Source: Octopus vulgaris
Lineage: Eukaryota
NCBI GenBank assembly: GCA_951406725.2
Contig: OX597823.1
Span: 116,560,001 to 116,624,000, forward strand
Length of the DNA: 64,000 bases
Direction of reading: 5' to 3'
Position numbers and translations under genes: made by a program. The notes under the pieces are model-generated. The model was given only the letters and a program-made list of their open reading frames with translations, had not been told where the DNA came from and ran no database searches. Each line of letters begins with the position of its first letter. Position 1 is the stretch's first letter. Shown in pieces: positions 1 through 13,542 of this stretch.

Positions 1-19
1 TTGTGTTAAAAGTACAATA

Positions 20-437
20 GGCATAGGAGTGGCTGTGTGGTAAGCAGCTTGCTTACGAACCACATGGTCCCGGGTTCAGTCCCACTGCGTGGCACTTTGG
101 GCAAGTGTCTTCTACTATAGCCTCAAGCCGACCAAAGCCTTGTGAATGGATTTGGTAGACGGAAACTGAAAGAAGCCTGTCGTATATATATATATACATG
201 TATGTATGTATGTATGTATGTATGTGTATATGTTTGTGTGTCTCTGTGTGTGTCCCCAACATCACTTGACAACCGATGCTGGTGTGTTTACATCCCCGTA
301 TCTCAGCGGTTCGGCAAAGAGACTAATAGAATATGTACTAGGCTTACAAGGAATAAGTCCTGGGGTCGATTTGTTCGACTAAAGGTGGTGCTCCAGCATG
401 ACCACAGTCAAATGACTGAAACGAGTAAAAGAGAGTA
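20..437 (+). mobile_element. tRNA-derived SINE, family A (tRNA-like head, CORE-like segment, internal TA/TG microsatellite, (AAGAGTA)n-like tail), full length
   Basis: A-box-like TGGCTGTGTGG and B-box-like GGTTCAGTCCC, then CTTTGGGCAAGTGTCTTCTACTATAGCCTC, a microsatellite, and a conserved 3' half ending GAAACGAGTAAAAGAG. More than 20 related copies or halves occur in the window. Confidence 0.9.
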
Positions 438-1819
438 TATATAAGAGCAAAGTGAATAAAACAGAATGATAGATGCACTTCACCCTGCATAGGGTTTACC
501 AACACTTTGCCCTTACTCATCATTTGCTCAAATGAAATTTGTGTTTTTGTAAAAAATTAGCTTGGGTGTGCTCAATAAATTTTTCTCAGCTCGGCAACCT
601 TTTTGCAATATCAGTGAGTACATTATTCACTGTTTCCTATATATCAAAGCACAAATTTTGTCATGGCAAAGGACATATGAGTTTGCCAGTATTGAGAAGC
701 CCCAAAGAGAGTCAAACATGCTATGACAATATTCAGCTTGCTCCAATATTTATTGTGTTCTTAACACAATATACCTTTCAAGAGATTTATGTCTCAGACA
801 AAACTCATAGCATCATGCCTTTCAGTGGTGTGTAGACATTTAATATGATACACAGATGCTAATTTTAACTTAATACTGTTTCATTTACATTCACCAAGTA
901 TATCATAAAATCTTATTATTATTATTATCATCATTTAAAAGCTAACTTAATTAGCAATTTGAGTGTGTTGTACTGAACACACTAATTACCATATGAACAA
1001 TTTTTGCCTTTGTGTTCCATAGTTTTTCTGGGATTTGTTTTGCAAGATCCTCATATTTCTTCATTTCCTAGATATTTACTGAACTATCGTACAGTATTGC
1101 ATTGTCTATGATTTAACACTTTTTCTTTCTCTTTGGTCTCTACAATCCTATGTGGTCTCCTTGCTTCACTGGCATGATCACTTTTTATGGGAAAATCCCC
1201 TGTAATTATCATTCATCCTCATAGCCTATGGTTCATGTACATACCCCTTTGCCTTCAATTTGAATTTATAAACATGGCTAACATCCAAATGCAATCTTTT
1301 AATGACACAGACATACCTGCATTTATACTCATTTTTGTGCTAGCTTACTGCATTCACTTAAGAGACAGTTAAATTTTTTGTCTCCTTTTCTACAGATTCT
1401 GTGTTTGCTCTCTGACTGCATTTTATTAATCATTGTCTTTATCAAATTTGTTCTATCTTACTTCTAAGTAGCTATTATCAGCTTCTCATTTCAGGTTTCT
1501 ATCTATCAACCACAACCAGCATTCTTAATTTCTAATGTCCTTAGTTTGTGGCATGAATTGGTTATAATTGTTATAATTTCTTTTCTTTCCAGCTATCTGT
1601 CCTGTCATTCTTCTTTCTGTTCTTGGGTTCTCTCACTGTTTGAAATGACTTCTTTGATATTTCTCACTGAAAATAATATTCTTTCTTCACTACACACTGC
1701 ATAGTTTTTCAAACCCAATATTGCAGCAGTGAGATGGTGTCTTGATAAAAGCACCAGTGATTGTGACGCCTTAACACCATATTTCTTTTTGTGTGTAAAA
1801 TGTCAAATAAAATTATTGT

Positions 1820-2060
1820 CACAACTGTGTTAATGAGATTGGATATTATAGGGATTGTTTCTGTTTTCGGTCCCAACATTCCAGTTATCTTTATTTCCAG
1901 ATCTTTATATTTGTATAGTGTCACCATTTCTTTTAAAGATATCTTATCTATCATCTGTTTACGACCGAAATTTCTGTTAGAAAGCACTTCCTCTTCTAAT
2001 AATACTTAATGATATTATCTGGTGGATTAGCTTTTATTGCCCAATCAAGGCTAATCTACA
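1820..2060 (-). pseudogene. Decayed R4/Dong-type non-LTR retrotransposon, restriction-like endonuclease C-terminus
   Basis: Translation KYKDLEIKITGMLGPKTETIPII matches the better-preserved copy at 37.5-37.8 kb (KYKDLEIEVTRMWNLKTETIPII). Confidence 0.7.
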
Positions 2061-2685
2061 GTTTCTCATGACTAACTAAACATCTATAATCTTTGGTAAG
2101 AACAGAAATATGAAAAGTGTAAATATGACATTTTAGATAATAAAAAGGAAATGTTTTAAACTTTGTATCTGTTAGTATTTATGTATGCATATATTTGTGT
2201 GAATGTCCATGTGTGTGTATTTTATGTATATATGTTTGTATAGCTGAGTGGTTTAGAAAATCAATTCGCAATCATGAGATGGCAGGTTTGACCCCAATGT
2301 ATGGCATCATCATCATCATCATCAAGTATTCTTTTTAACCATAGCCTCCTCCTGGGATCATATAAGTTACATAGAAACTGTGTAGACGTTCATTGGATGC
2401 TCAGAGACCCAGCCTTATTATGCACTATGTCATACTGATCTGGTCTGACAGTTATGTTAATAGTAACATGTCTATGAAATACTCAGCCACTTAAATATTA
2501 ATTTTTTAAGTTGGTAGTTCGGTTAATCAAACAGCTGAATGTTCAGCATTACAACTGGTAAAGACTCCACCATCATCATTATCACTAAAACCTAACTATC
2601 TGCATGCATGTGCGCATATTGCATGTGCGCATATTGCATGTGCATGTATTTGCATGTGTTATCACATGTCAATGCTTCTTGTATT

Positions 2686-2981
2686 TTGTTTGTTCCTTCT
2701 CGAGCAATGCCTGGCTCATAAGGGCCAGTTTCCTGGTTTCTTGGCGTATATGTTCCCCACCTGAACGGGACGCTGCTCCATCGCAGGTGAGATGCAAGAT
2801 GAAAGAGTGAAAGAAAGTTGTGGCGAAAGAGGCAGAAGAAGTTCACCATTACCTTCTGCTGGAGCCGTGTGGAGCTTAGGTGTTTCGCTCATAAACACAC
2901 ACATCACCCAATCCGAGATTCGAACACGCGATCCCTTGACCACGAGTCCGATACTCTATCCACTGGGCAATGTGCCTCCAC
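2686..2981 (-). mobile_element. tRNA-Arg-headed SINE, tail type 1 (OR-like)
   Basis: Minus strand begins TGGAGGCACATTGCCCAGTGG...GGACTCGTGGTC...GTTCGAATC (TCG at the anticodon-like position). Second copy at 8016-8308. Confidence 0.8.
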
Positions 2982-3376
2982 TAATGTTTCTGTATGCATC
3001 TGTATGTGTGCACATCATTGAATGTATATATATCCACTTGTATCTGCACCTTGTGTACATGTCACATACATGCACCCATGTATGTCATTGCATGTATCTG
3101 CATATGCATATGCACTGCATTTGTGCATGCTATTGCATATGTATGTATTTATGTGTGTGTACACAGGTCATGTGTGTATATGTGTCAGCATATATGCATG
3201 CATTTCATTCCCTGTGTATGCATCTACATCTGTGTGTGCACCTTATTGCATGTGTGAATCTCTATGTTTTGAATTGTGTGTATGTGTGTAAATGTGTATG
3301 CATGCATGTGTGTGAATATGTACCCACTATAGACTAAACATCTGGGACATTTCATACATTTTCAAACTTCTGTTAA

Positions 3377-3592
3377 CCCTTTTGATACCAACCCACCTGA
3401 AACCGCCTCTGGCTCTGTAATACAAATGTTTTCAAAAGATCTGAATTAAAATCTTCCACCAAACTTAGTCACAATTTATGTTCCTAACACTAGCTTAATG
3501 ATGACTACATTATTTTACTGAATTCTTTGTTATATTTAAAATTAATTGAAAGAAACACAGAATATCTCAACAGAAATATGGTAATGAAAGGG
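3377..3592. mobile_element. piggyBac-like MITE
   Basis: TTAA|CCCTTTTGATACCA ... TGGTAATGAAAGGG|TTAA: TTAA duplication, CCC/GGG termini, imperfect 14-bp TIR. Confidence 0.75.
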
Positions 3593-4029
3593 TTAATGTG
3601 TGATAATTGCAATTTCTTAACTTCTTGTGTATTTTCTGTTTTTGGTACCTTGTTATTTAGGTACATAATAAAGTGACCCAATAATCACAGGGAAAAAAAT
3701 CAAAATTTATAGAATTATGTCTGCTTGTTTTCTAGGTTTTATTTTTCTGAATTTGTCACCAATGGATATTGAGCTGGTTTCTAACCTAAAAACAAAGCTC
3801 TTTCATTGGAATGAGGCTAACTTATGTAAGAATCTTTTTTTTTTTTTTCTCTTTTTAATTTAATCTTGTCCAGTCACCTGATTTGTTGCAAGGTTACGAA
3901 AGAAAGTATCTTGTTTTTTTTTATCATCCTTCAAGTCTTGATGTCTTGCAGGTTTTTTCTCTCCCAGATATCATAATCATTTGTAGTGTATGAATTAAAG
4001 AGTTGCTTTCTTTCTCCCAAGAATCCAAG

Positions 4030-4296
4030 TTAAGTCATATTTTGCTCTAGATGGGTCGGTAAATATCCTCTTGTTCTAATAATAAGTGATATGAAGCTAA
4101 AAGTGTATCTTGGGTTTAGCCAACTCCTTGTCGGTGGCCCAAAGATGTTCTCTTTCTCTTGTAATTTTCTAATCATAATGATGCCCAGGGGGCAGCTGAT
4201 TTCCAAAACAGAAAATACATCTCCCATGCTGTTGCTCACAACAATATCTGGCCAATTGTGTTTTAACTTGGTGGCTGATTTAATTCTTTCCACCAA
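4030..4296 (-). pseudogene. Decayed RLE-type non-LTR retrotransposon (R4/NeSL-like) endonuclease domain, distinct from the 37 kb family
   Basis: KHNWPDIVV...VLEISCP...EKENIFGP...FISLII..RGYLP resembles the PD..D/E restriction-like endonuclease motif. Confidence 0.6.
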
Positions 4297-4381
4297 TATT
4301 TTTTTAACCTATCAGTCTCAATATAGTCAACTTCGTCTGTTGGTGTTTTCTATTTTGTTAACTCGTACAGATTATGTACAA

Positions 4382-4593
4382 AGGGGTTCTGAAAAGTTGC
4401 TAACTTTAAGGATATCACAAAAGGCCTGGCTGGAGGTCAAATCTTTTGAGTTCTTTTACAGAGCTTAGAAAAACTGAAGGACTGCTGCAATAAGTGTGTA
4501 AATCTGGGAGAGAAATATGTTGAATAAAATCATGATTCACAGATCCTCCTGTATTTTCTTTTACCCAAAGCCAGGAACTTTTCAGCACCCCCT
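4382..4593 (+). mobile_element. mariner-derived MITE (about 210 bp)
   Basis: TIRs GGGGTTCTGAAAAGTT.../...AACTTTTCAGCACCCC, with an internal remnant of the transposase C-terminus. Further copies at 6288-6497 and 42373-42586. Confidence 0.75.
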
Positions 4594-4619
4594 CTTATGT
4601 GTGCGTATGTGTGTACATA

Positions 4620-5027
4620 CTCTTTTACTCTTTTACTTGTTTCAGTCATTTGACTGTGGCCAAGCTGGAGCACCGCCTTTTAGCCGAGCAAATCGACCCC
4701 AGGACTTATTCTTTGCAAGACTAGTACTTATTCTATTGGTCTCTTTTGCTGAACTGCTAAATTATGTAGACGTAAACACACCAGCATCGGTTGTCAAGTG
4801 ATGTTGGAGGGACAAACACAGACACACAAACATATACACACACATACATATATATACATATATACGACGGGCTTCTTTCAGTTTCCGTCTACCAAATCCA
4901 CTCACAAGGCTTTGGTCGGCCTAAGGCTATAGTAGAAGACACTTGCCCAAAGTGCCACGCAGTGGGACTGAACCCGGAACCATGTGGATGGTAAGCAAGC
5001 TACTTACCACACAGCCACTCCTACACC
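4620..5027 (-). mobile_element. SINE family A, full length
   Basis: Reverse complement of the 20-437 element, including the internal microsatellite. Confidence 0.9.
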
Positions 5028-6287
5028 TACATATGTATATGTTTATGCATATTTATGTGCCCTCATATACAGGGGTCCAGATATGAATGTCATTACATAT
5101 GTATCTTTTATGTTTCTTGTACACATGGATATGTATGTAGTTAAGTATGTGTGTTTTTATTTAAGATTTATTCAAAGTCTTCTTTGCAACATTCTGACCA
5201 TTCCACTAAAAAGTGGAAGAACATTTTTCTCCTGAAACCAATGCTGTTCCAGAAATTTATGAATATGCGAGTGATTTGATATAAGTGTGTGAGTGAATGT
5301 GCGGACCAAATAAGTTAAAGGGGTACATATTGTTTCTTTAGTATGCCAATGTGTATGATTACTGTGTGTGTGTGTGTGAGCATGTACATAGTCATTCCAG
5401 GAAACTTAATGGGGAATCTTGGGAATATTTTATAAATTTTCACAAATCATTTGGATTTGGAAGATGGGAATCAGTTCACTTTGCTCTTTCTTGGAAAACT
5501 CCTGTATTTCCAGATTTTATGCAACTTCCATCTTTTATAGTCCAGTGAATCTGTAATGAAAGGAACAAATGAAAGTTCAAAGTCTGGACAACAAGGGCTG
5601 TATGTTCCATGCTTCTTCACACATTCTTTTTTTCTTCTAAGAAATAGAAATGAAATATTCACATCCACGCATGTATATATTCATGTATGCATGTAATTTA
5701 TAAATGTTAGTATGTATTCATGCATGCATTTACATACATGTGTATGTATTCATCTACTTATGTATATACGCATTTATGAATCTATGCATACATAGATGTG
5801 TGTGTCTATTGCTACTGCTTCATTTGCAACGTGTGGTAGCTAACATTGGACAAGTTGGTATGTTTCAACAGTTTCGACAGCCTAACTGACAATTATTACA
5901 AACCATAAAAAAGTATAGATTTTTCTGTTCAAAGTGGTTCATAGTGAGATAGCCATTTTATTTTCTGTGTTTTAGATTCTGGTTTAGTTTTATATGTTAA
6001 CGATAAGAATTGCAGCTCAACATTTTATGATTCTTTCATTGCTTCACTGATGGACATACATAATATCTTTGCTGCTACCATAACCCCCAGTGGTATACAA
6101 AGCAAATAACTATCACTTCTGAAACATCTCTCACAGGATCTATCGGTCTGATCCTTAAACTTACTTCATTCTGTTGTACCAAAATGCCTGATTTGTGTAT
6201 TAACTCAAGTTTTGTGTGATATTGTATGTTATTTTAGCGATATTCCATTTCACCATAACATAGTATTAATACCTACCCTTACAATAT

Positions 6288-6497
6288 ACTGCTAGAAAGT
6301 TCCTGGCTTTTGGAAAAAGAAAATATAGGAGGATCAATTAATTATAATTTATCCAACATATTCCCCTCTCAGATTCACATACCAATTGCAGTGGTCCCTC
6401 GGTTATTCTAAGCCCTGTAAGCCCAACTCAGAGGGTTGGGCTTACAAACAGGTCTTTCACGATACCTTTAAAGCCAGACATTTTTCAGCACCCCGTC
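6288..6497 (-). mobile_element. mariner-derived MITE (same family as 4382-4593)
   Basis: GAAAGTTCCTGGCTTT ... TTTTCAGCACCCCG ends; interior is the reverse complement of the 4.4 kb copy. Confidence 0.7.
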
Positions 6498-6544
6498 ATA
6501 TGTTTTTACAATTTCTACAAACTTCTATAATGTACACAATTATA

Positions 6545-6730
6545 TTCTTTTACTCTTTTACTTGTTTCAGTCATTTGACTGCCTTTAGTCAAGCAAATCG
6601 ACCCCAGGACTTATTCTTTGTAAGCCTAGTACTTATTCTATCGGTCTGTTTTGCCGAACCGCTAGGTTATGGGGACACAAACACACCAGCATCGGTTGTC
6701 AACACACACACACATACACATACATATATA

Positions 6731-6774
<44 letters not shown>

Positions 6775-6940
6775 CACAATGGGCTTCTTTCAGTTTCTGT
6801 CTACCAAATCTACTCACAAGGCTTTGGTTGGCCTGAGCTATAGTAGAAGACACTTGCCCAAGGTGTCATGCAGTGGGACTGAACCCAGAACCATTTGGTT
6901 AGTAAACAAACTACTTGCCACCTAGCCATTCCTGCACCTA
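6545..6940 (-). mobile_element. SINE family A
   Basis: Both halves and the internal (CA)n/(TA)n tract are present. Confidence 0.85.
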
Positions 6941-7159
6941 CTATAATGTATAATGTTTAAAGATCTCATAGGGTTTTAATAGCAATCAGATGCTTCCTGA
7001 ATGAGGCAGAGTTGAGTGTCTGCATCTTTTATTCACCACAACATTAACATTTATCAGCTTAAACTGCTCAGTTAAACAATCATAGTGTCTAACTTTCAGT
7101 TTCTCTAAACTGAGTAGCATTTTCAAAGTTTGCGTTCCAATATTCAACGATAGAGATTG

Positions 7160-7915
7160 GTGTGACCATGTAGTAAGTAGTTTACTTCCCAGCCACATGG
7201 TTTCAGGTTCAGTCCCAATGCATGGAGCATTGGCCAAGTGTCTGTATCCTCAGGCCAAACAAAGCTTTGTGGGTGAACTTGGTAGATGAAAACTGAAAGA
7301 AGCCTATTGTATGTGGTGTGTATGTGTGTGTTCATGTGTGTGTGTGTAATATATGTATATATGTGTGTATTTGTATCTATGTAAATTTGTCTTTGCCTTT
7401 GTGTTTATCCCTACTTCTTATATCTCCATATTTCCCACAAGGGGCTAAACATACAGGGGACAAACAAGGACAGATAAAGGGATTAAGTCAATTACATCGA
7501 CCCCAGTGCATAACTGGTATTTTATTTATCAACCCCAAAATGATGAAAGGCAAAGTTGACCTCAGCAGAATTTGAACTCAGAACGCAGTAATGGCAGACG
7601 AAATACCGCTAAGCATTTTGCCCATCGTGCTAATGTTTCTGCCAGCTGGCCGCCTTTTTTTTGGAAATCTTTAGTAAAAGGTGAAAGATTTATCACCTTG
7701 GGATGAGAAGAAACCAAAGCTTTATCCCCACCTCTGCTTGACAACTGGTGTGGCTTTGTTTATTTCCCCATAATTTAGCAGTTCTGCAAAAAGGAATAAA
7801 TACCAAGGTTTAACAAAAAAAATACCAGGTGTGATTTGTTCTATTAAAACACTTCAAAGCAGTGCTCCAGCATGGCTGCAGTTCAATCACTGAAACAAGT
7901 AAAAGATGACAGATA
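7160..7915 (+). mobile_element. Older SINE family A copy interrupted by a Meta-domain SINE
   Basis: 5' half at about 7160-7310, 3' half at about 7725-7915, antisense SINE at 7430-7655 between them. Confidence 0.7.
7430..7655 (-). mobile_element. Meta-domain-like tRNA SINE
   Basis: Minus strand GGCGGCCAGCTGGCAGAA...GAGTTCAAATTCTGCTGAGGTCAACTTTGCCTTTCATC...GATAAATAAAATACCAG; homologous to 53024-53256. Confidence 0.75.
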
Positions 7916-8015
7916 AACATACTTTAAAGATGCAAACATCACTGTGTGCACAATCGTTTAAAATTATCAATAGAGGAAAACTGTAGATATCTAATGAATT
8001 TCGTATATTAAGAGT

Positions 8016-8308
8016 ATGTTTGTTCCTTCTCGAGCCACGCCTGGCTCATAAGGCCAGTTTCCCGGTTTCCTTGGCATATAGGTTCCCCACCTGGACGGGA
8101 CGCCAGTCCATCACAGGTGAGCTCTAAGATGCAGGAGGAAAGAATGAGAGAAAGTTCTGGTGAAAGAGTCAGCAGAAGTTCACCATTACCTTCTGCTGGA
8201 GCTTAGGTGTTTTGCTCATAAACACACATATTGCCAGGTCTGAGATTCGAACCTGCAATCCCTCGACCGCAAGTCCACTGCTCTAACCACAAGGCCATGT
8301 GCTTCCAT
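8016..8308 (-). mobile_element. tRNA-Arg-headed SINE, tail type 1
   Basis: Colinear with 2686-2981. Confidence 0.8.
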
Positions 8309-8575
8309 ATTAAGAGTATGTAATATATACAAAATACAACGGATTTGAGCTCTTGACTCACAGGTAGAGAATCCATTACTTCCTCTTCCTCAACATTAAT
8401 CCCAATGTAGCTGCTATCTTGATGTCTTCATGTCAAAAATAAAAAGAAGTTTCACGTAAGACACTGAATAAGATCCAATCATAATCATAGATGTTATTCA
8501 TACCCAGGTTCCTCCTATTCTTCAAAATGATTACACTGTATCACGTACATCATATATACTATGAATGGAGTAAAG

Positions 8576-8905
8576 GGTAAAGACCCCCTTTGGTCATGAA
8601 TGACAATGGGATTGCACCTAATAAGTTTTCATCTGTGGTACAAGTCTGGGCAATGTTGTTAATGGAAGACCAGCAGTCGCCCATGCATACCAGCCTCCCC
8701 TCTCCATGCCACCGATGTTATCCAAGGGAAAAGCCAAAGGCCTATACATCTTGGCACCAGTGACATTGCAACTCATTTCTACAGCTGAGTGAACTGGAGC
8801 AACGTGAAATAAAGTGTCTTGCTCAAGAATACAACACACATCCCAGTCCAGGAATCGAACTCACTACCTCATGATTGTGAGCCCAGTGGTTTACCCACTG
8901 AGCAT
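8576..8905 (-). mobile_element. CORE-like tRNA SINE, family C
   Basis: Head ...GAGTTCGATTCC... followed by TTGAGCAAGACACTTTATTTCACGTTGCTCCAGTTCACTCAGCTGTAGAAATGAG. Second copy at 60740-61030. Confidence 0.75.
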
Positions 8906-8913
8906 CACTATAA

Positions 8914-8962
<49 letters not shown>

Positions 8963-10139
8963 GTATACACACACATATGTGCGTGTGTCTGTGTATGTAT
9001 ATATATATCATTCAACCACGGTAGCGTTTGAATATATTCTTAAGTCCACCATTTTGTCAGTCACAGTAGCTTCCTAGCTTCACCGCTAATTCAGTTCTCA
9101 ACTAAATTGCAAATTGTTAACAGTTTTAAAAAGGGCATCTCCTCAGCTACACTTTGGCAGAAATAGTTTGAGATTTGGTTCAGTAGAAAAAAGTTACATG
9201 AAAATATCTGCGACCTCAAAGGGAGCAGTAAGGCAGGTATTCATCTTTAATTAACATAAACACTTTAATTTTAAAAGGAAAGTATACTTTTCTTAGGCTT
9301 AAATGATAGAAAAATGCATGCGGAATTCAGACTTATTAGTCACATTGAACAAAATTTAGTAGAAAAAAAAATTATGGGGTAAAATGCCACAAAATTTTAT
9401 GTCAGTAAAATTCAATAATGTTAGTAGTGATCGATAAGAAATGTGAATCATCAAAGTTTTGGTCATACTGAGTTAAGACGTAGGAAAACAAGGGGAAAAT
9501 GAAGATAGTAAAAAAAGGGTTTTGTTTACAGTTTCTGTGGTTCTCTTTCCGTCATGTACAGAGACTTTCACTTGTAACAACATTTTTTGGAATCCGGTGT
9601 ATTTTATAATTTTTTCTGTGAATGGATCTTATTTTTGATCTGTTAAAGTACAGGTAACATCATGTTTTTCTGGTGGCCAAGTTTGTCATTCTGCCTGGTT
9701 GGGGAACAGTTATCAGCCAATCCAGTTGGTTGATTCTTTTTAAGGGTCAATTTGCTGCCTTTGCTGAAGTTCGGTTTTGATCAGAGGTAAAATTTCATTG
9801 GTCTAGAGTCAGGTGACATCAGGAACTGGTGTTTGTATGATGTTATTGTATGGTGATTTGGAGTTGTGGTTTCAAAACCCGCATGGAAGACTGTTACTAA
9901 AGTTTTTTTAATTATGTCTCTTGTATTTGGTTGTTTTTTTGGGGGGTGGGGGGAGAAATTAGGTCTTTTTCTTTTTTCTCTTTAGTGTTTTTTTCTTCTT
10001 TCTAAAGGGCATTCAGCTGTGGTTTATATTTTTTAATGACCATTTAAATATTTCCTTATTTAAATACAATTGGGTTGAAGTCTTTCCAGTGCTTTGATAG
10101 AGAGGCAAGATTTGGCATTTCAGATTTAGGTTTGCAGGG

Positions 10140-10500
10140 CAGTGGCCCAAGGTGTTTGCTTACGTGAATTTTCCTGGTTGTGCAGTCCCAGATTTGTAAC
10201 CAATGTACCATTCGTCTGTCCCTCCACATTTGAGAACATAGATTAAGTTCTACGAAGCACAGGTGAAGTGAATTTTTATGGTAAAAGTTTGACCTGACTT
10301 AAAATTGTATGTTTAGCTTTCTAAGAGGAAGATGCAAGTCCTGCAGTTAGGGCAGGTGCACTTTCTGACTAGTGAGGTTGTATATTTGGTGGATAGTTTG
10401 ATGCTGGTGAGGAACTTTTTTTAGGGATTGCAGTTGTCTCTTGCTTTAATAATAATCCTCCATGTTTCCAGTGCCTTTTTCATTTGCTCGTCATTCATAT
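10140..10500 (-). pseudogene. Penelope-like element GIY-YIG endonuclease remnant
   Basis: Minus-strand translation RKCTCPNCRTCIFLLES*TYNFKSGQTFTIKIHFTCAS*NLIYVLKCGGTDEWYIG gives the Cys linker plus LIY...YIG of PLE endonucleases, with in-frame stops. Confidence 0.8.
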
Positions 10501-10506
10501 ATGAAT

Positions 10507-10537
<31 letters not shown>

Positions 10538-10820
10538 CACATACACATACACATATATATACATACATGCATATATATATATACGTATACATATACATAT
10601 ATATATATACATACATACATGTTCATATATATATTACATGTATATGAAATATATATATATTATATATATATATATATTTATATAGTAAATCCAAAATAAG
10701 AAAGAACAAACACAAGAAAAAACAAGACAAGGACGTGGTACTTGCAAAGTATTAGCAGACACTGAGGGAACGAAAGAAAGGTGATACATATATATATTGT
10801 ATATATGTATACATATATAT

Positions 10821-10865
<45 letters not shown>

Positions 10866-10869
<4 letters not shown>

Positions 10870-11370
10870 GGGTTCTCAAAAGAAACCAGAATTTTGGAGT
10901 GTTATTTTATTCACTTAGTTTTACATGTTTACACTTTTATTGCCTTCAAAGTGTTCTTCATTTGAAGCAATGCATCAGTCCAGATGCATTTTCCACTGTT
11001 CAAAGCAGGGCTGGAACCCTTGCAAATTGATGCCTTTTAATGCCTCTGTTGATTTTTTTTTTCTTCACCTCTTCTGCATCTGCAAACTCCGTAGCACCAG
11101 ATTTTGTCACCAGTGATGACCTTCCAAAAAAAAGGGTCCAGAACAACTTCCAACTCTTTTTTCAGTTCGTGACATACATTCAGTCGTGACTGCTTTTGAT
11201 CTTCCTTGAGCAAGAGAGGCACACATTTTGCTGCAACTCTTTTTATTTGCAACTCCTTACTCAAAATTCGTTGGCAGGGGCTCCAGAACACACCCATCAC
11301 ATCAACAAGTTCATCAGTTTTTCAGTGACTGTCCTCCAAGATCAGTTCATAAATTTTCATGATGTTTTCA
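10866..11370 (-). mobile_element. Internally deleted mariner transposon
   Basis: ORF 11037-11300: KRVAAKCVPLLL...VITGDKIWCYG (WVPHEL-like and TGDE motifs), joined to C-terminal FQPCFEQWKMHLD*CIASNEEHFEG and a TIR-like end at (TA)n. Confidence 0.8.
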
Positions 11371-11714
11371 TTTGTTTGTAAGGTTGACAGTAGTATATAT
11401 GTGTATGTGAATCTACGTGTGTGTGTGTATGAATGTATGTTTTTGTGTGTGTGTATGAATGTATGTTTTTGTGTGTGTCTTTACTTTGATGCAATAGTTG
11501 CAAATGAGTGTTGCCATCACAGAAGCAGTGTCCTACATTTCTGATCTCTTGTAGAAACATGTCCAGTCATGGGAAAAATAACTGTAAAGGTTGGTGACAG
11601 GAAGTGCATCCAGCTGTAGAAAGTCTGTCTCAACATGTCTTATCGTGCAAGTATGAAAAAGTGGCCATTAGAACAACGATGATGGCAACACTAATGACAA
11701 AGCAACAGTTATTA

Positions 11715-12087
<373 letters not shown>

Positions 12088-12483
12088 TGTATGTGTAAAA
12101 CATATTTCCTATATTTTTTTTTATACATACACACCATATACACCATATATTATGTATGCACAGTGCTGTAGGGAATTATTTTCCAATATTACATTTCCTT
12201 ATAATCACCAAAAAAACATTATATTATTTACTTTCAAAACCAGATTTCTAACATACTTCAGGCTCTCCTGTAATGGCTACATCTTACACACACACACACA
12301 CACACACACACTGCTTTTTCCATCATTTTTGATTATTGTCTCCAGGTTTGTTACAATGTTATTCCTTTTCTCTTAATACAATAAATCTTACTTAAAGCAG
12401 ACATTCTCTCTCTTTTAAGGATTCAAATACTTCTAGCACCATTTTGCTTTCATTTTTATGTGTGTATGTGTTCATATATAAAC

Positions 12484-12518
<35 letters not shown>

Positions 12519-12827
12519 CGTATGTATGTATGTTTGTGTGTGAGTATGTATGTATTTTCTCGTCATATGTTATAGTGTGTTACTATTATTAGAAGTCGTC
12601 ATAGCAATAATTGGACTAATACTGCATTTTCCTTAACAAATATTTATAGAATATGTCATCTCATTTTACTCGTTTACGTTAGTCGAGCAAATCGACCCCA
12701 GGACTTCTTCGTAAGCCTAGTACTTATTCTATCGGTGACTTTTGCCGAGCCGCTAAGTTACGGGGACTTAAACACACCAGCATCGGTTGTCAAGCGATGT
12801 TGGGGAGACAAACACAGACACACAAAC

Positions 12828-12860
<33 letters not shown>

Positions 12861-12863
<3 letters not shown>

Positions 12864-13242
12864 AATATGTTACATTACTCGGTAGTCAGAACATGCTTTC
12901 TGTGTTATGTCCCAAGAAGATTTTATATATTTTTATATATTTTTATATATTTTTATGTATTTTTATATAATTTTTATGACGAAAAATGCGAGCGATGTAT
13001 AAGTACGCAGGCAAAGCAGAGTTATAACAGAGTAATTTCCCTTCATTTTTAACGGTATTTTTTCATAACGTTTTCAAATAGCCAGATAACCGAAGAGATG
13101 GTGTTGTGGATTTCCACTTCGGCATCTGAAACTCAGAGTTTTATCTTGACTACCGAGTAATGTAACATATTGTATAGATAAATTTCCTCTATTTACATAA
13201 TATTGAGGTCTCTTTCTTTCTTTTGTTATCTTACCGTTTTAT

Positions 13243-13245
<3 letters not shown>
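12861..13245 (+). mobile_element. Probable PLE pseudo-LTR fragment with a 28-bp inverted repeat, inserted in (TA)n
   Basis: TACAATATGTTACATTACTCGGTAGTCA (12861-12888) is the reverse complement of 13147-13174; a hammerhead-like motif lies just upstream of the second copy. Confidence 0.6.
13084..13146 (+). ncRNA. Type-I hammerhead ribozyme-like motif (variant core CCGAAGA)
   Basis: AGATAA-CCGAAGA-[GATG...GTGGA TT TCCAC...CATC]-T-GAAA-CTCAGAG-TT-TTATCT: 6-bp stem I, long stem II, near-palindromic stem III, GUU triplet. Confidence 0.55.
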
Positions 13246-13282
<37 letters not shown>

Positions 13283-13447
13283 TGGGCAGATTTTCAAAAT
13301 CCAATGAATCTTTATACGTTTATACAGTTAGGCAATTATACAAATATACTTTTTCAAAAAGATATGATAAGCCTATTATAATGGGTAATACTACATGTAC
13401 TTTTTATATTTTTTTATATTGCGATGTAATCTTTGGACCAACAATGT

Positions 13448-13542
13448 TTGTGGCTGAAGAGAGCTTTAAACTATCTTTTATATCAATAATACACTGATGT
13501 AATAACAGATTGTTTATAAAGCTTGAAACACATGTACCGTGA
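13448..13542 (+). ncRNA. Type-I hammerhead ribozyme motif with long stem II
   Basis: TTGTGG-CTGAAGA-GAGCTTTA...TAAAGCTT-GAAA-CACATG-TA-CCGTGA: canonical core, 8-bp stem II base, GUA triplet; stem I relies on G-U pairs. Confidence 0.65.

Noticed and set aside
2792-3337. 181-aa ORF
   Set aside because: Antisense SINE followed by a degenerate (TG/CA/TA) tract.
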